Assembly (NCBI GenBank): GCA_964437755.1
Contig: CAYTIA010000003.1
Location: 7,641-71,640, forward strand
Source: an uncultured Pseudomonadales bacterium
GTDB lineage: Bacteria; Patescibacteriota; Microgenomatia; UBA1400; PJMF01
Length of the DNA: 64,000 nucleotides
Reading direction: 5' to 3'
Position 1 is the first letter of the stretch. Every line of letters starts with the position of its first letter. Position numbers and translations under genes: made by a program. Positions 10,020 through 20,048 of the stretch are shown here, piece by piece. The notes beneath the pieces are model-generated. The model worked only from the letters and a program-made list of their open reading frames with translations. It did no database searches and was not told where the DNA came from.

Positions 10020-11012
10020 ATGTCAAAAGTAAAAATATTTGTTGTAATACCCACCATTAGAGACGTGGAGATGTTAAAGAAGTGGAAGAATCAAATTAAA
10101 GATTGCCATGTCATTATTTGTGAAGACCATCATGAAAAAACAGTAAAAGTTCCAGAAGTTGGCAGAAAGACTTACCATTATTCTTGGAAAGAGATTGATG
10201 AGGACCTTGGAGAAAATAGTTGGATTATTCCCAGAAGAGTTTCTGGTATTCGTAATTACGGATTTCTAAAAGCATTCCAAATGAAAGCTGACATCATAAT
10301 TACTCTAGACGATGACTGTTACCCCGTTAAAAACCATAATTTAATCCAACAACACCTGCAAAATTTAAGCATCTCAGTTCCCAAGAAATGGGTCAACACA
10401 TATCCTGATTCTCGCCATCTATATACACGAGGTATGCCCTATCTTAATAGAACAGAACAGCAGGTGATGATAAGCCATGGCTTATGGACAAACGTTCTAG
10501 ATTTTGATGGAGCAACTCACCTCCAAAAACTCCAGTTTCAGGCTGAATTTGCTCAACATTTCTTACAAATTATTCCCCATGGAGCTTATTACCCAATGTG
10601 CTCGATGAATTTGGCATTTGATGCAAAGATTACTCCAATAATGTATTTTCCATTAATGGGAGAAGATTCTCTAGGTAACAAGTGGGGCTATGATCGTTTT
10701 GATGATATCTGGGCCGGCATCTTTTCAAAAAAGATTATGGATCACCTAGGTTATGCAGTAATCAATGGCTCTCCTTTTGTTAAACACAACAAAGCTTCCG
10801 ACCCGTTTAAAAATTTACAGAAAGAAGCTCTTGGGATAGAAGCAAACGAGGAACTGTGGAAATTAGTGGATCAAGTACACCTTACCTCTTCTTCTCCAGT
10901 TCAGTGTTACTTAGAACTTGCAAATAAAATTAAATGGCCAAAAGAAAAGTATTTTTCAAAAGATTTAAAAAAGGCAATGATTATTTGGGCTTCTCTCTTC
11001 CCAAAAACATAA
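10020..11012 (+). CDS. GT75 / reversibly glycosylated polypeptide (UDP-arabinopyranose mutase-like)
   Basis: IPTIR, RNYGF, LDDDCYP, RGMPYLNR, SHGLW, PMCSMNLAFD, MYFPLMG, RFDDIWAG, DHLG, HNKASDPFKNLQKE; collinear with plant RGP/UAM motifs. Confidence 0.88.
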   Translation: MSKVKIFVVIPTIRDVEMLKKWKNQIKDCHVIICEDHHEKTVKVPEVGRKTYHYSWKEIDEDLGENSWIIPRRVSGIRNYGFLKAFQMKADIIITLDDDCYPVKNHNLIQQHLQNLSISVPKKWVNTYPDSRHLYTRGMPYLNRTEQQVMISHGLWTNVLDFDGATHLQKLQFQAEFAQHFLQIIPHGAYYPMCSMNLAFDAKITPIMYFPLMGEDSLGNKWGYDRFDDIWAGIFSKKIMDHLGYAVINGSPFVKHNKASDPFKNLQKEALGIEANEELWKLVDQVHLTSSSPVQCYLELANKIKWPKEKYFSKDLKKAMIIWASLFPKT

Positions 11013-11067
11013 AGTCTAAATTTAAAATACAAAATATTACCAATCAGGGTTACTTTATTTAGAAAAA

Positions 11068-12207
11068 GTGAAGTCAATATCTAAACAAATTTCTGTATCA
11101 CTTCTATTAAAAAGTGAGGTTGGACAGATTAGCGAGAATGAGCTTGCGGGTACCGAACAAGTTTTTCTAAAAGATATCTCTGCACTAAATAAATTTTGCA
11201 ACATAAAAGCTTACGCTAGATTTTGTAATAACAACCCGAGAGTTAGAACTTTGTTCTTTTCAAAAAGAGTGCTAAATACTCGTTTCTCGTTTATTCATGA
11301 ACTTTTCTACCACATTCAGTTTGTATTACTTAACCAAAAGAGCGATATATTAATAGGTTATTCTACACCGTTACTAGCTCTCTTCTCGAACAAAAATACC
11401 ATAGTTTTTCTTCATAATAATCATCCTTTTCCCCTATACAAAAAGTTTAAGCAAAAATATCAGAAAGCCACTTATGTTTTTTGCTCAAAAGCATTAAAAA
11501 ATGAGGTAATCAAAAAAAACAAACTTAACTTGCCAAAAACTTTTGTCTTGCACAATTCAATTGACACTAACATTTTTAATTGTAATCATAAGAAGGCTAT
11601 CGATTCGGAAAAAACAAGTAAACTTAAAATTCTCTTTTGCAGCGCATGGACTCAAGAAAAAGGGTTAAATGTTCTCTTGAAAGCAATTCTCCTTCTTCCA
11701 AAAGAATTGAGGCAAAAAATCTCACTAACTATCTCAAGTAGTCCAAAATTATGGTATTCAGATAATCCAGAGTTAAGAAGAACATATACTGAAGAATCCT
11801 TAGCATTATTAAGAAAAATAAAAGGCGTTCATCTATTAAATGGTGTTGATCATGCAGAACTATCTAAACTCTATTTTCAAAATGAGTTCACAGTTTTTCC
11901 CTCTATCTGGGATGAGCCTTTTGGCTTAGTATGTCTTGAATCGATTGCTTGTGGAACAAAAGTAATAAGCTTCTCGAACCCATCTACTACAGAAATTTTA
12001 GATAAAAACAATTCCATAATTGTTTTAGGGAAAAAAGCCTCATCATTAAAAAATTGTTTAGTCAAATTAATTAAGAGTCATAAAATTAAAAAAGGAAATA
12101 AAAGAAGTCTTTTAACCAAAAAAAATTCACTTATGATCGATAGTAGAAGGATGAATAAATTCAAAGAAATTATTAATCAGGTAGTTATAGAAGATGTATC
12201 GAGATGA
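11068..12207 (+). CDS. GT4 glycosyltransferase
   Basis: AGTE, HNSID, EKG, PSIWDEPFGLVCLESIACG. Confidence 0.88.
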   Translation: MKSISKQISVSLLLKSEVGQISENELAGTEQVFLKDISALNKFCNIKAYARFCNNNPRVRTLFFSKRVLNTRFSFIHELFYHIQFVLLNQKSDILIGYSTPLLALFSNKNTIVFLHNNHPFPLYKKFKQKYQKATYVFCSKALKNEVIKKNKLNLPKTFVLHNSIDTNIFNCNHKKAIDSEKTSKLKILFCSAWTQEKGLNVLLKAILLLPKELRQKISLTISSSPKLWYSDNPELRRTYTEESLALLRKIKGVHLLNGVDHAELSKLYFQNEFTVFPSIWDEPFGLVCLESIACGTKVISFSNPSTTEILDKNNSIIVLGKKASSLKNCLVKLIKSHKIKKGNKRSLLTKKNSLMIDSRRMNKFKEIINQVVIEDVSR

Positions 12208-13199
12208 TAAAAAATAATAACAATTACCAAACCAACTCCACTTCTAAAACAGTTAAGGGTTTTAATAAAATTAATTTTATATCAATTGGCATCTGTACTA
12301 AAAATAACTACAAATTACTTAATAAGTGTTTAAAATCAATTAATAATCTGGTCATACCCAACAATCTTAAGGTTGAGATAGTCGTGATTGATCAAAGTGA
12401 CAATCAATTAAAACTTGACTCTTCAAAATTCAAAAGGTTAGTTTTCAAACAGTTCTTTTCTAAACACGCTGGTATTTCATTTGCGAGAAATGAGCTATTT
12501 AAGTTCGCAAGTGGAGACATACTATTTATCACCGATGATGACACTATCGTTAGCAATAACTGGATTACGTCTACCATCGATTTATTTTCTCAAAACAATA
12601 GGGTAGGAATAATAGGTGGAAAAATAAAACAATTAAACAAAACACCAAATTCTTTCTCAAACACTCTAAAAGAGTTGGATTACAACAAAAATTTTTGGCC
12701 ATATGCTTTACTTGATTTAGGAGAAAAAGTTAAAACTATCGACAAAGACACTCACTACCCCTGTTTTGCTAACATGGCGATAAGGAAAAAGGTTTATAAA
12801 AATGTTAAGATTGACACCGACTTTGGAAATCAAGAAAGTTTTTTTAAAATCTTTGGAGGAGAAGACCCCGCATTTGTCGAAGAAGTAAAAAAAACTTACT
12901 CCCTTCTTTATAACCCCAACATGCTTGTTTGGCATTATATAAAACCTCACAAATTCTCAAAAAAATATTTCATTTGGAGATATTTTGAATGGGGAAAAGA
13001 AAGAGCTTTGTTGAAAACAAAATACAACATTCCCTTCAACATTACCCTCAATCAATTATTTAAGAATATTATCAATTTAATTAGGAATATAAAAAACGGC
13101 AGAACTTATCTTAACGAACTATTATATATAGTACCTGCACTGAGTTTTTCATCAACCATTTTTTTCTTAAAAGTATCCAATATTCCAAAAAAGTCATAA
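12204..13199 (+). CDS. GT2 glycosyltransferase
   Basis: ISIGICTKN, VVIDQS, GISFARN, ITDDD, GGED. Confidence 0.88.
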   Translation: MIKNNNNYQTNSTSKTVKGFNKINFISIGICTKNNYKLLNKCLKSINNLVIPNNLKVEIVVIDQSDNQLKLDSSKFKRLVFKQFFSKHAGISFARNELFKFASGDILFITDDDTIVSNNWITSTIDLFSQNNRVGIIGGKIKQLNKTPNSFSNTLKELDYNKNFWPYALLDLGEKVKTIDKDTHYPCFANMAIRKKVYKNVKIDTDFGNQESFFKIFGGEDPAFVEEVKKTYSLLYNPNMLVWHYIKPHKFSKKYFIWRYFEWGKERALLKTKYNIPFNITLNQLFKNIINLIRNIKNGRTYLNELLYIVPALSFSSTIFFLKVSNIPKKS

Positions 13200-13205
13200 T
13201 TTTTT

Positions 13206-14336
13206 ATGAAAAAAAGTATTTTATTTATTTCCGACAGATATCATATTGGAGGTGTTTCATCTTCAATTAAAACCTACATCTCAGCTCTTGATGAAAATTA
13301 CAAAGTTATTCTTATAGCTCGAGAAGATAATTTAACTAACTCTCAAGATTTTTTTAAAAACTGTACTCCTGTTACTGTAAGTGGAAAGGTTAGATTCTCA
13401 TTAATTGGTAGATTGCTTGACTCTTTTCAGTATCTTAAAGAGCTTCATAAGATTTACATGAAATATCAACCAGAAGTGGTACATTTTTCAACTACTTGGT
13501 CCTCTCTCTACTCTTTTCTTCATCCATTAACATGGAGAAAAAAACGAGTTATTACTTTCCACGGAGCCTTTGATTTAGAAGAAATAAGCAGCAATCAATC
13601 CAGTTCAAAGATAGATTTAAAACTCAAAAAAACACTTCAAAAATTCTCTCTGCAAAGCTCTCACAAGATAATAGTTTTTAGTCAATTCGCTAAAAAATTA
13701 GTTCTAACTCACTTCGGAGATAAGCTTAATGAAAAGATTTTATTGATTCCTGGCTCTACTCAGACTAAACAAATAAAACATCTTAAAAATAAAGAGCTTA
13801 CACTTGTTAATTTTGGGAGGGCTGAGCCACGAAAAGGCCTGGATCTTATTTTTGTGGCAGTTAGTGAGCTATTAAAGAGAGGAATAAAAACAAAATTATA
13901 TCTTGCCTCCCCAGTAGAGTTTTACTATTACACTGATTTGTTGAAGGTTTATCAAGAAAACAACCTTTTTTTGTCAGTTCATCTAACACATTTGGTTTCA
14001 AGTGAGCAAAAAGAACATTTGTTACAGATGGCAGATTTATTTATTATGCCATCAGTTGAACTTGAAACATTTGGATTAACAGTTATTGAAAGTCTTGCGC
14101 ACGGAGTTCCAGTAATTGGCAGTGATTGTGGAGCAATCCCAGAAATATTAAGCAAGGTTAATAAACAATTAATATTTTCGAAGAAATCACCGGAGTCATT
14201 AGTTGAAAAAATTACTTGGTATAGTCAACTTAGCAATGAGGAGAAGCAAAAAATTAGAATAAAATGCATTCGGACTGTAGAACAGTATTATTCTGTTGAA
14301 AAGAATAAGCAGAAAATAATGAGTATTTATGGATAA
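13206..14336 (+). CDS. GT4 glycosyltransferase (paralog A)
   Basis: HIGG, TFHG, FGRAEPRKG, ETFGLTVIESLAHGVPV. Confidence 0.9.
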   Translation: MKKSILFISDRYHIGGVSSSIKTYISALDENYKVILIAREDNLTNSQDFFKNCTPVTVSGKVRFSLIGRLLDSFQYLKELHKIYMKYQPEVVHFSTTWSSLYSFLHPLTWRKKRVITFHGAFDLEEISSNQSSSKIDLKLKKTLQKFSLQSSHKIIVFSQFAKKLVLTHFGDKLNEKILLIPGSTQTKQIKHLKNKELTLVNFGRAEPRKGLDLIFVAVSELLKRGIKTKLYLASPVEFYYYTDLLKVYQENNLFLSVHLTHLVSSEQKEHLLQMADLFIMPSVELETFGLTVIESLAHGVPVIGSDCGAIPEILSKVNKQLIFSKKSPESLVEKITWYSQLSNEEKQKIRIKCIRTVEQYYSVEKNKQKIMSIYG

Positions 14337-15508
14337 AATTAGGGATTCTTAAAAAAGTTACTCTAGAAAAATTTTATGAAAATAAAAACAATATTATTCA
14401 CCATTGATAATTATCACATCGGAGGTATCACCTCCTTCATTAAAACCTACATCTCAGCTCTTGATGAAAATTACAAAGTTATTCTTATAGCTCGAGAAGA
14501 TAATTTAACTAACTCTCAAGATTTTTTTAAAAACTGTACTCCTGTTACTGTAAGTGGAAAGGTTAGATTCTCATTAATTGGTAGATTGCTTGACTCTTTT
14601 CAGTATCTTAAAGAGCTTCATAAGATTTACATGAAATATCAACCAGAAGTGGTACATTTTTCAACTACTTGGTCCTCTCTCTACTCTTTTCTTCATCCAT
14701 TAACATGGAGAAAAAAACGAGTTATTACTTTCCACGGAGCCTTTGATTTAGAAGAAATAAGCAGCAATCAATCCAGTTCAAAGATAGATTTAAAACTCAA
14801 AAAAACACTTCAAAAATTCTCTCTGCAAAGCTCTCACAAGATAATAGTTTTTAGTCAATTCGCTAAAAAATTAGTTCTAACTCACTTCGGAGATAAGCTT
14901 AATGAAAAGATTTTATTGATTCCTGGCTCTACTCAGACTAAACAAATAAAACATCTTAAAAATAAAGAGCTTACACTTGTTAATTTTGGGAGGGCTGAGC
15001 CACGAAAAGGCCTGGATCTTATTTTTGTGGCAGTTAGTGAGCTATTAAAGAGAGGAATAAAAACAAAATTATATCTTGCCTCCCCAGTAGAGTTTTACTA
15101 TTACACTGATTTGTTGAAGGTTTATCAAGAAAACAACCTTTTTTTGTCAGTTCATCTAACACATTTGGTTTCAAGTGAGCAAAAAGAACATTTGTTACAG
15201 ATGGCAGATTTATTTATTATGCCATCAGTTGAACTTGAAACATTTGGATTAACAGTTATTGAAAGTCTTGCGCACGGAGTTCCAGTAATTGGCAGTGATT
15301 GTGGAGCAATCCCAGAAATATTAAGCAAGGTTAATAAACAATTAATATTTTCGAAGAAATCACCGGAGTCATTAGTTGAAAAAATTACTTGGTATAGTCA
15401 ACTTAGCAATGAGGAGAAGCAAAAAATTAGAATAAAATGCATTCGGACTGTAGAACAGTATTATTCTGTTGAAAAGAATAAGCAGAAAATAATGAGTATT
15501 TATGGATA
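13266..15508 (+). repeat. Direct repeat, 1070 bp (13266-14335 = 14439-15508; offset 1173)
   Basis: Both copies run from attaaaacctacatctcagct to gagtatttatggata. Translations are identical and DNA spot checks matched. Confidence 0.95.
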
Positions 15509-15509
15509 G
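14376..15509 (+). CDS. GT4 glycosyltransferase (paralog B; identical to A apart from the first ~20 aa)
   Basis: Same motifs; protein identical to paralog A from IKTY to the end. Confidence 0.9.
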   Translation: MKIKTILFTIDNYHIGGITSFIKTYISALDENYKVILIAREDNLTNSQDFFKNCTPVTVSGKVRFSLIGRLLDSFQYLKELHKIYMKYQPEVVHFSTTWSSLYSFLHPLTWRKKRVITFHGAFDLEEISSNQSSSKIDLKLKKTLQKFSLQSSHKIIVFSQFAKKLVLTHFGDKLNEKILLIPGSTQTKQIKHLKNKELTLVNFGRAEPRKGLDLIFVAVSELLKRGIKTKLYLASPVEFYYYTDLLKVYQENNLFLSVHLTHLVSSEQKEHLLQMADLFIMPSVELETFGLTVIESLAHGVPVIGSDCGAIPEILSKVNKQLIFSKKSPESLVEKITWYSQLSNEEKQKIRIKCIRTVEQYYSVEKNKQKIMSIYG

Positions 15510-15520
15510 ATTACAAAACA

Positions 15521-16399
15521 ATGAAGAAAATCATAAATAAATCCTTTCTATACAATTTATTTAAAAATACTAATCTTAAATATAAATATTTGTTGGCAGT
15601 AACCAAAATACTAAAAACAAAATCTATAATAGTAAGAAAAAAATCTAATGTCGTCGTCTCTTGCGTAACATCCAAAAAAGATTATGTTTTTCTAATTCTT
15701 GCTATAAAGAGTTTTTTTTCACACATAAATACAAATTTTTCATTAATAATTTTTGATGATGGATCATTATCAGAGAAACACGTAAAAACTCTTAAAAAAC
15801 ATTTAATAAACTCCATAATTATTAATAAAAAGCAATATGTTAAAAAAGTTAAAAAAATTTATGGCAAAAATCACGTATTTTTTCAAAAAAAAGACATTCC
15901 TTATGTAATGAAAAAATTAGGTCCTGTTTTATTTACCTCTTGTAAGAAGATAATATTTTTAGATAGTGATGTTTTATTTTTTAAAAATGATTCAATAATT
16001 GATAACTGGATTCAGAATAAATACGATGCATTTTTTATTCAAGATCATCAGGATGCATATTTTCTCTCTCAAATTGAATCAAGGAAAATTTTTGGGGTTA
16101 ATTTATTACCCAAGCTAAATTCTGGTTTCTTAGGCATTAACAGAAAAGATATTAATCTTACTATCTTTAAAAAACTTTTAGAAACATATGAACAATTAAG
16201 TGTATATAGACCGTGGCAATTTCAAACTTTTTTCGCAATAGCACTATCAAGAAAAAAATGTTTAGTATTGCCAAGAAATTACTTAATTAGCGAAAAAAAA
16301 AGTATTAATTCCGCAACAGTTTGTTGTCATTATGTAAGAACCATTAGACACAAAATGTATAATGATGCTCAAATTGTTTTAAATAATCTTAATTTATAA
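15521..16399 (+). CDS. GT-A fold glycosyltransferase (GT8-like)
   Basis: LIIFDDGSL, IIFLDSDVLFF (DxD), LNSGFLGI, C-terminal CHY. Confidence 0.7.
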   Translation: MKKIINKSFLYNLFKNTNLKYKYLLAVTKILKTKSIIVRKKSNVVVSCVTSKKDYVFLILAIKSFFSHINTNFSLIIFDDGSLSEKHVKTLKKHLINSIIINKKQYVKKVKKIYGKNHVFFQKKDIPYVMKKLGPVLFTSCKKIIFLDSDVLFFKNDSIIDNWIQNKYDAFFIQDHQDAYFLSQIESRKIFGVNLLPKLNSGFLGINRKDINLTIFKKLLETYEQLSVYRPWQFQTFFAIALSRKKCLVLPRNYLISEKKSINSATVCCHYVRTIRHKMYNDAQIVLNNLNL

Positions 16400-16419
16400 A
16401 ACCATATACTAAATAAGTA

Positions 16420-17163
16420 CTAAAAATCGGCAAAACTTTTTTCATACTCTGAAATTAAAATTTTATCTCCACTTTTTTTTAATTTTCCGTTTTCTATCCA
16501 TACTATTCTGTTACAGCTACTTCTTAAATAATCCAACCAGTGAGATGCAAGAATAACAGTTTTCCCAGAATTAAAAAATTGCTTTATTTTTTCTGATATT
16601 TTTTTATTAAAATCTTCGTCTCCAGCCACCACACCTTCGTCAAGTAATAAAATATCTGGATCGCTGTGAATAGCGATGCTAAAACCTAACCTCAAATTCA
16701 TTCCAGCAGAATAAGTATAAAGTGGGCTATCAATAAACTTGCCAATATCCGCAAACTCAACTATCTGATTAAATTTACTTTTTATTTCCTTTTTAGACAT
16801 TCCAATTAGTAAACCATTTAGAAAAATGTTCTCTTCTCCTGTTAATTCGGGATGAAATCCGGCTGACACATCTATTAATGAAACAACTTTTCCATTGACT
16901 TGTACTTTTCCTGCTGTTGGTGCGGTAATTCCTGCAATTAACTTTAATATTGTTGTCTTGCCAGCCCCATTGGCTCCAATAATACCAACCTTTTCTCCTT
17001 TATTGATTTCAAGGTTAAAATTATTAATGGCGATAAATTTTTCTCGATAACCTCTTTTTATAATATTCTCCACAAAAGTGGGCTTTTCATGATGAAGAAT
17101 GTACTCTTTTTTTACATTTTTTAGAGATATTGCTACAGCTTTTTTTATTGTTTTTTTACTCAT
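16420..17163 (-). CDS. wzt: Polysaccharide ABC exporter ATPase (Wzt/RfbB-like, no C-terminal carbohydrate-binding domain)
   Basis: GANGAGKT, GFHPELTGEEN, YSAGM, LLLDE, SH. Confidence 0.9.
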   Translation of the reverse strand: MSKKTIKKAVAISLKNVKKEYILHHEKPTFVENIIKRGYREKFIAINNFNLEINKGEKVGIIGANGAGKTTILKLIAGITAPTAGKVQVNGKVVSLIDVSAGFHPELTGEENIFLNGLLIGMSKKEIKSKFNQIVEFADIGKFIDSPLYTYSAGMNLRLGFSIAIHSDPDILLLDEGVVAGDEDFNKKISEKIKQFFNSGKTVILASHWLDYLRSSCNRIVWIENGKLKKSGDKILISEYEKSFADF

Positions 17164-17192
17164 AAAGATTTCTTAAATTCTTTTGAAGATTC

Positions 17193-17993
17193 TTACATCC
17201 AGTCATCAAAAGTTGACGACCCTTTTCTAAAGACCCAAACTCCAAAGAAAAAAAATACAACTGAAGTTACCACACCAATCACAAGTGTGCTTACAAACTC
17301 ATTTCCAGTAACCGCTTGCTCAAGATATCCCAGGCTTCCAAAACGAAACAGAGCAATTAAGCCAGTCATTGGATTTAAATAAAAAAGGTTTTTAATTGAT
17401 TCTGGAATAAGTGTTAGAGAATATACAACTGGTGTGGTATAAAACCACAAAGGCATAATTGCCTGCACCACAAAATTGACATCTCGATATTTAACATTCA
17501 GACTTGAAAACAACAAAGACATTCCAGACGTAAGTATAAGTAGCCATAGTAAAGCTGGCAACAAAACCAACCAATTAATCAAATTTCCCATTCCAAATAA
17601 TAACGCTATTGGTAAAAACAACATTAAAGAGATGGCAAGATGAAAGAAATTAGACAAAACAATTGAAATTATTATGCTTTCTCTTGGGAATTTAGCTTTT
17701 TGAATTAAGCTTCTTTCGTATACAAACATTGGAGTGGTTTTGGTAATACTCATCGAAAAAAAATTCCATGGTAACAGTCCTGAAAAAAGAAAGAGAAAAT
17801 AGTTATCGGTTTGAACTGGCACGAAGAATTGAAAAACAAAACCTATAACCAACATTTGTAAAAGTGGATTTAATAATACCCATAAAAAACCTAAGGATGC
17901 GTGTTTATATCTTGCTTTTATTTCCTTCTCAGTCATTGCTAATAAAAAATCTGACCAGTAACTAAGTCGTTTTTGTATTTTATTTTGATTCAT
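17193..17993 (-). CDS. wzm: Polysaccharide ABC exporter permease (Wzm/RfbA-like)
   Basis: EIKARYKHASLGFLWVLLNPL, PWNFF, YRD, TPVVY, LNPM; directly upstream of wzt. Confidence 0.9.
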   Translation of the reverse strand: MNQNKIQKRLSYWSDFLLAMTEKEIKARYKHASLGFLWVLLNPLLQMLVIGFVFQFFVPVQTDNYFLFLFSGLLPWNFFSMSITKTTPMFVYERSLIQKAKFPRESIIISIVLSNFFHLAISLMLFLPIALLFGMGNLINWLVLLPALLWLLILTSGMSLLFSSLNVKYRDVNFVVQAIMPLWFYTTPVVYSLTLIPESIKNLFYLNPMTGLIALFRFGSLGYLEQAVTGNEFVSTLVIGVVTSVVFFFFGVWVFRKGSSTFDDWM

Positions 17994-18004
17994 GGGTGTG
18001 AGTG

Positions 18005-18109
18005 ATAATAAAACAAAGAGGTGTTAATGGCAATTTGCAGATTTCTTCACCGTACTCTTTCAAAAATTAAAATTGCCATTTGACACACAAACATTTTTTA
18101 GAGTATTCT
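18005..18109. promoter_or_regulatory. Divergent sigma70-type promoters (wzm: TTGCCA-N17-TATTAT on minus; 18206 gene: TTGACA-N18-TATTCT on plus)
   Basis: Hexamers and spacings read directly; 11-bp inverted repeat at 18026-18036/18070-18080. Confidence 0.55.
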
Positions 18110-18205
18110 ATATATCAGGACAGGTTGTGTTCGCTTGTTGTTATTTGTTCAAAAACTGTATACTAAAATAAAATATATATATTTCGCCAAATCAATCTAA
18201 CATCA

Positions 18206-19999
18206 ATGCAGTCAAACTACAACAATATCGATCAGAACACTAATAGTATGGACACAAATAATAGTGAGAGCACAAATATCAATACAAATTCTTCAGGAAT
18301 TAAACTCCTTCAAAATAAAAGGTTTCAATCAAAAAAAGCTAAGTTAATTGCGGGCGGACTTTTTGTATTATTTCTAGTAGTTGCTTTAGGAGCTGGATAT
18401 TTTTTAACTCAAATGGGTCAAGATTTAAGACAACAAGCAGCAGCAGGTGATTATCCAGGTACTTGTTATCCTGGTTCTTGCCCAGCAGGTTGGGAACCAG
18501 CAAATACTGGCATGTGTTATCCAGAATGTGGTGGTAGCCAAGTTTGTTGTATACTAAGCACAAGTTGTTCAGATTATCAAGCTGGCTCTTCTTCATGCCC
18601 CGTCCATTCAAATTTAGCAACTGCTTGCCCAAATTGGGCTAATAAAGGCACGTGTACTAGATGGCTAAATGGACAGTGTCACCCTGTTTATGGTTTGGTT
18701 TGTAGCGATGGTTCATGGGGGGTACCTTGTACAGCGGGTGATGCCGGCTGTCAATACTGCTCTGTGTGTGGTAATTATGAGAGATGTCCAGAAGTTACAC
18801 CAACTCCATCAACATACAATTCACCTACACCAACTCCACCAACATACAATTCGCCAACTCCAACTCCTCCTCTTGTTGAAAGAACTTTATCAGGAAGAGT
18901 GTTTTGTCAAGATATTGGAGATAATCCAGCTGCTCCAAGAGGAACACTGTATCCAATTAGCAACTTTTCTCTAGAAGAATCAACATGGACTCCCGGAGGG
19001 CTTGGAGTAACAGTATCGCTTCCAGTTGGCGCTGACGGTAATTTCAATACTAGCTTAACCACTACCGCAGAACTTTTTGCTGTGCGACTACCATTAATTG
19101 GTGGTGAAAGAAGACTTCCAGATGGAACTTTAAGCAATGGCCAGCCATACAGTGAAATGGTGGGTCCAGTCATTGAGGTATTTGACTATTGTAGATATGT
19201 GGGCAATCCTATTGGTTATGAGTCTTGTATTGTTTCAGCAAGAACAAATCATGTTAACTTTAATTTCAAGTATGAAAATTGTTCTCCAGGAGTTACCATT
19301 ACTCCAACTCCAACTCCCCAAGCTTCACCAACTCCTGTTCAAGTCTATCCTCAGTGTCTTTCGATAGTGATGACTGAACCAGACCAAACTCCAATTCCAA
19401 ATCCAGAAATGGCAGATATTGGTCAATTGGTAAGATTTAGCTGTATGGCAAGCGATCCAACTTTGGTAGCTTGGTATGAATTTAGAACTGCTAAGAGAGT
19501 TCCTACTAGCGTATCACCAATTATTGAAAATTTGGCCTCAGATCCAGCTGGGTCAAATGTTTCAGTTTTATATGAAATTTTGCCTGGAGAATACGTAGCT
19601 CAGTGTAGGGTGTGCTCAATCAATGCTCAACCAGGTGTCTGTGACACGCAGTGGGAGCCAATCATTTGGCCTGAACAACCAGTTGTTCCAACAGCAATTC
19701 CAACCTCAGAACCTATTTCATGTAATCCCGATGGTTCAGTCAGTATGATGATGAATTCCATTGGAGAAGGAATAGAAATTGCTGTTCAATCACTAACCCC
19801 ATTTACTAATGTTGAGCTTAGAATCGTCACCTCAACAAATCAAACCCTTGTTTATAGAGATCCAGAGGTATCGGGTTCTTACGTATGGACATGGATAATA
19901 AGTAATGTTCACCCTAATCAAATCAATGATGTTTATTTTTTTGTAAATACTGATCCTAGTAATCCTGGTTATGGAGGAACTTGTATTGGAATGATTTAA
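18206..19999 (+). CDS. Membrane-anchored Cys-rich, PT-linker multidomain surface protein
   Basis: Asn/Ser-rich N-tail, single TM, QDLRQQAA, a Cys-rich domain, TPTP linkers and several beta-rich domains. Confidence 0.8.
   Translation: MQSNYNNIDQNTNSMDTNNSESTNINTNSSGIKLLQNKRFQSKKAKLIAGGLFVLFLVVALGAGYFLTQMGQDLRQQAAAGDYPGTCYPGSCPAGWEPANTGMCYPECGGSQVCCILSTSCSDYQAGSSSCPVHSNLATACPNWANKGTCTRWLNGQCHPVYGLVCSDGSWGVPCTAGDAGCQYCSVCGNYERCPEVTPTPSTYNSPTPTPPTYNSPTPTPPLVERTLSGRVFCQDIGDNPAAPRGTLYPISNFSLEESTWTPGGLGVTVSLPVGADGNFNTSLTTTAELFAVRLPLIGGERRLPDGTLSNGQPYSEMVGPVIEVFDYCRYVGNPIGYESCIVSARTNHVNFNFKYENCSPGVTITPTPTPQASPTPVQVYPQCLSIVMTEPDQTPIPNPEMADIGQLVRFSCMASDPTLVAWYEFRTAKRVPTSVSPIIENLASDPAGSNVSVLYEILPGEYVAQCRVCSINAQPGVCDTQWEPIIWPEQPVVPTAIPTSEPISCNPDGSVSMMMNSIGEGIEIAVQSLTPFTNVELRIVTSTNQTLVYRDPEVSGSYVWTWIISNVHPNQINDVYFFVNTDPSNPGYGGTCIGMI
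18797..18856 (+). repeat. 30-bp tandem coding repeat (TPTP[S/P]TYNSP x2)
   Basis: acaccaactccatcaacatacaattcacct / acaccaactccaccaacatacaattcgcca. Confidence 0.8.
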
Positions 20000-20048
20000 C
20001 TTACGTAATAATATACAGACTAGTATCCTTAACTTGTAATAATCAATA

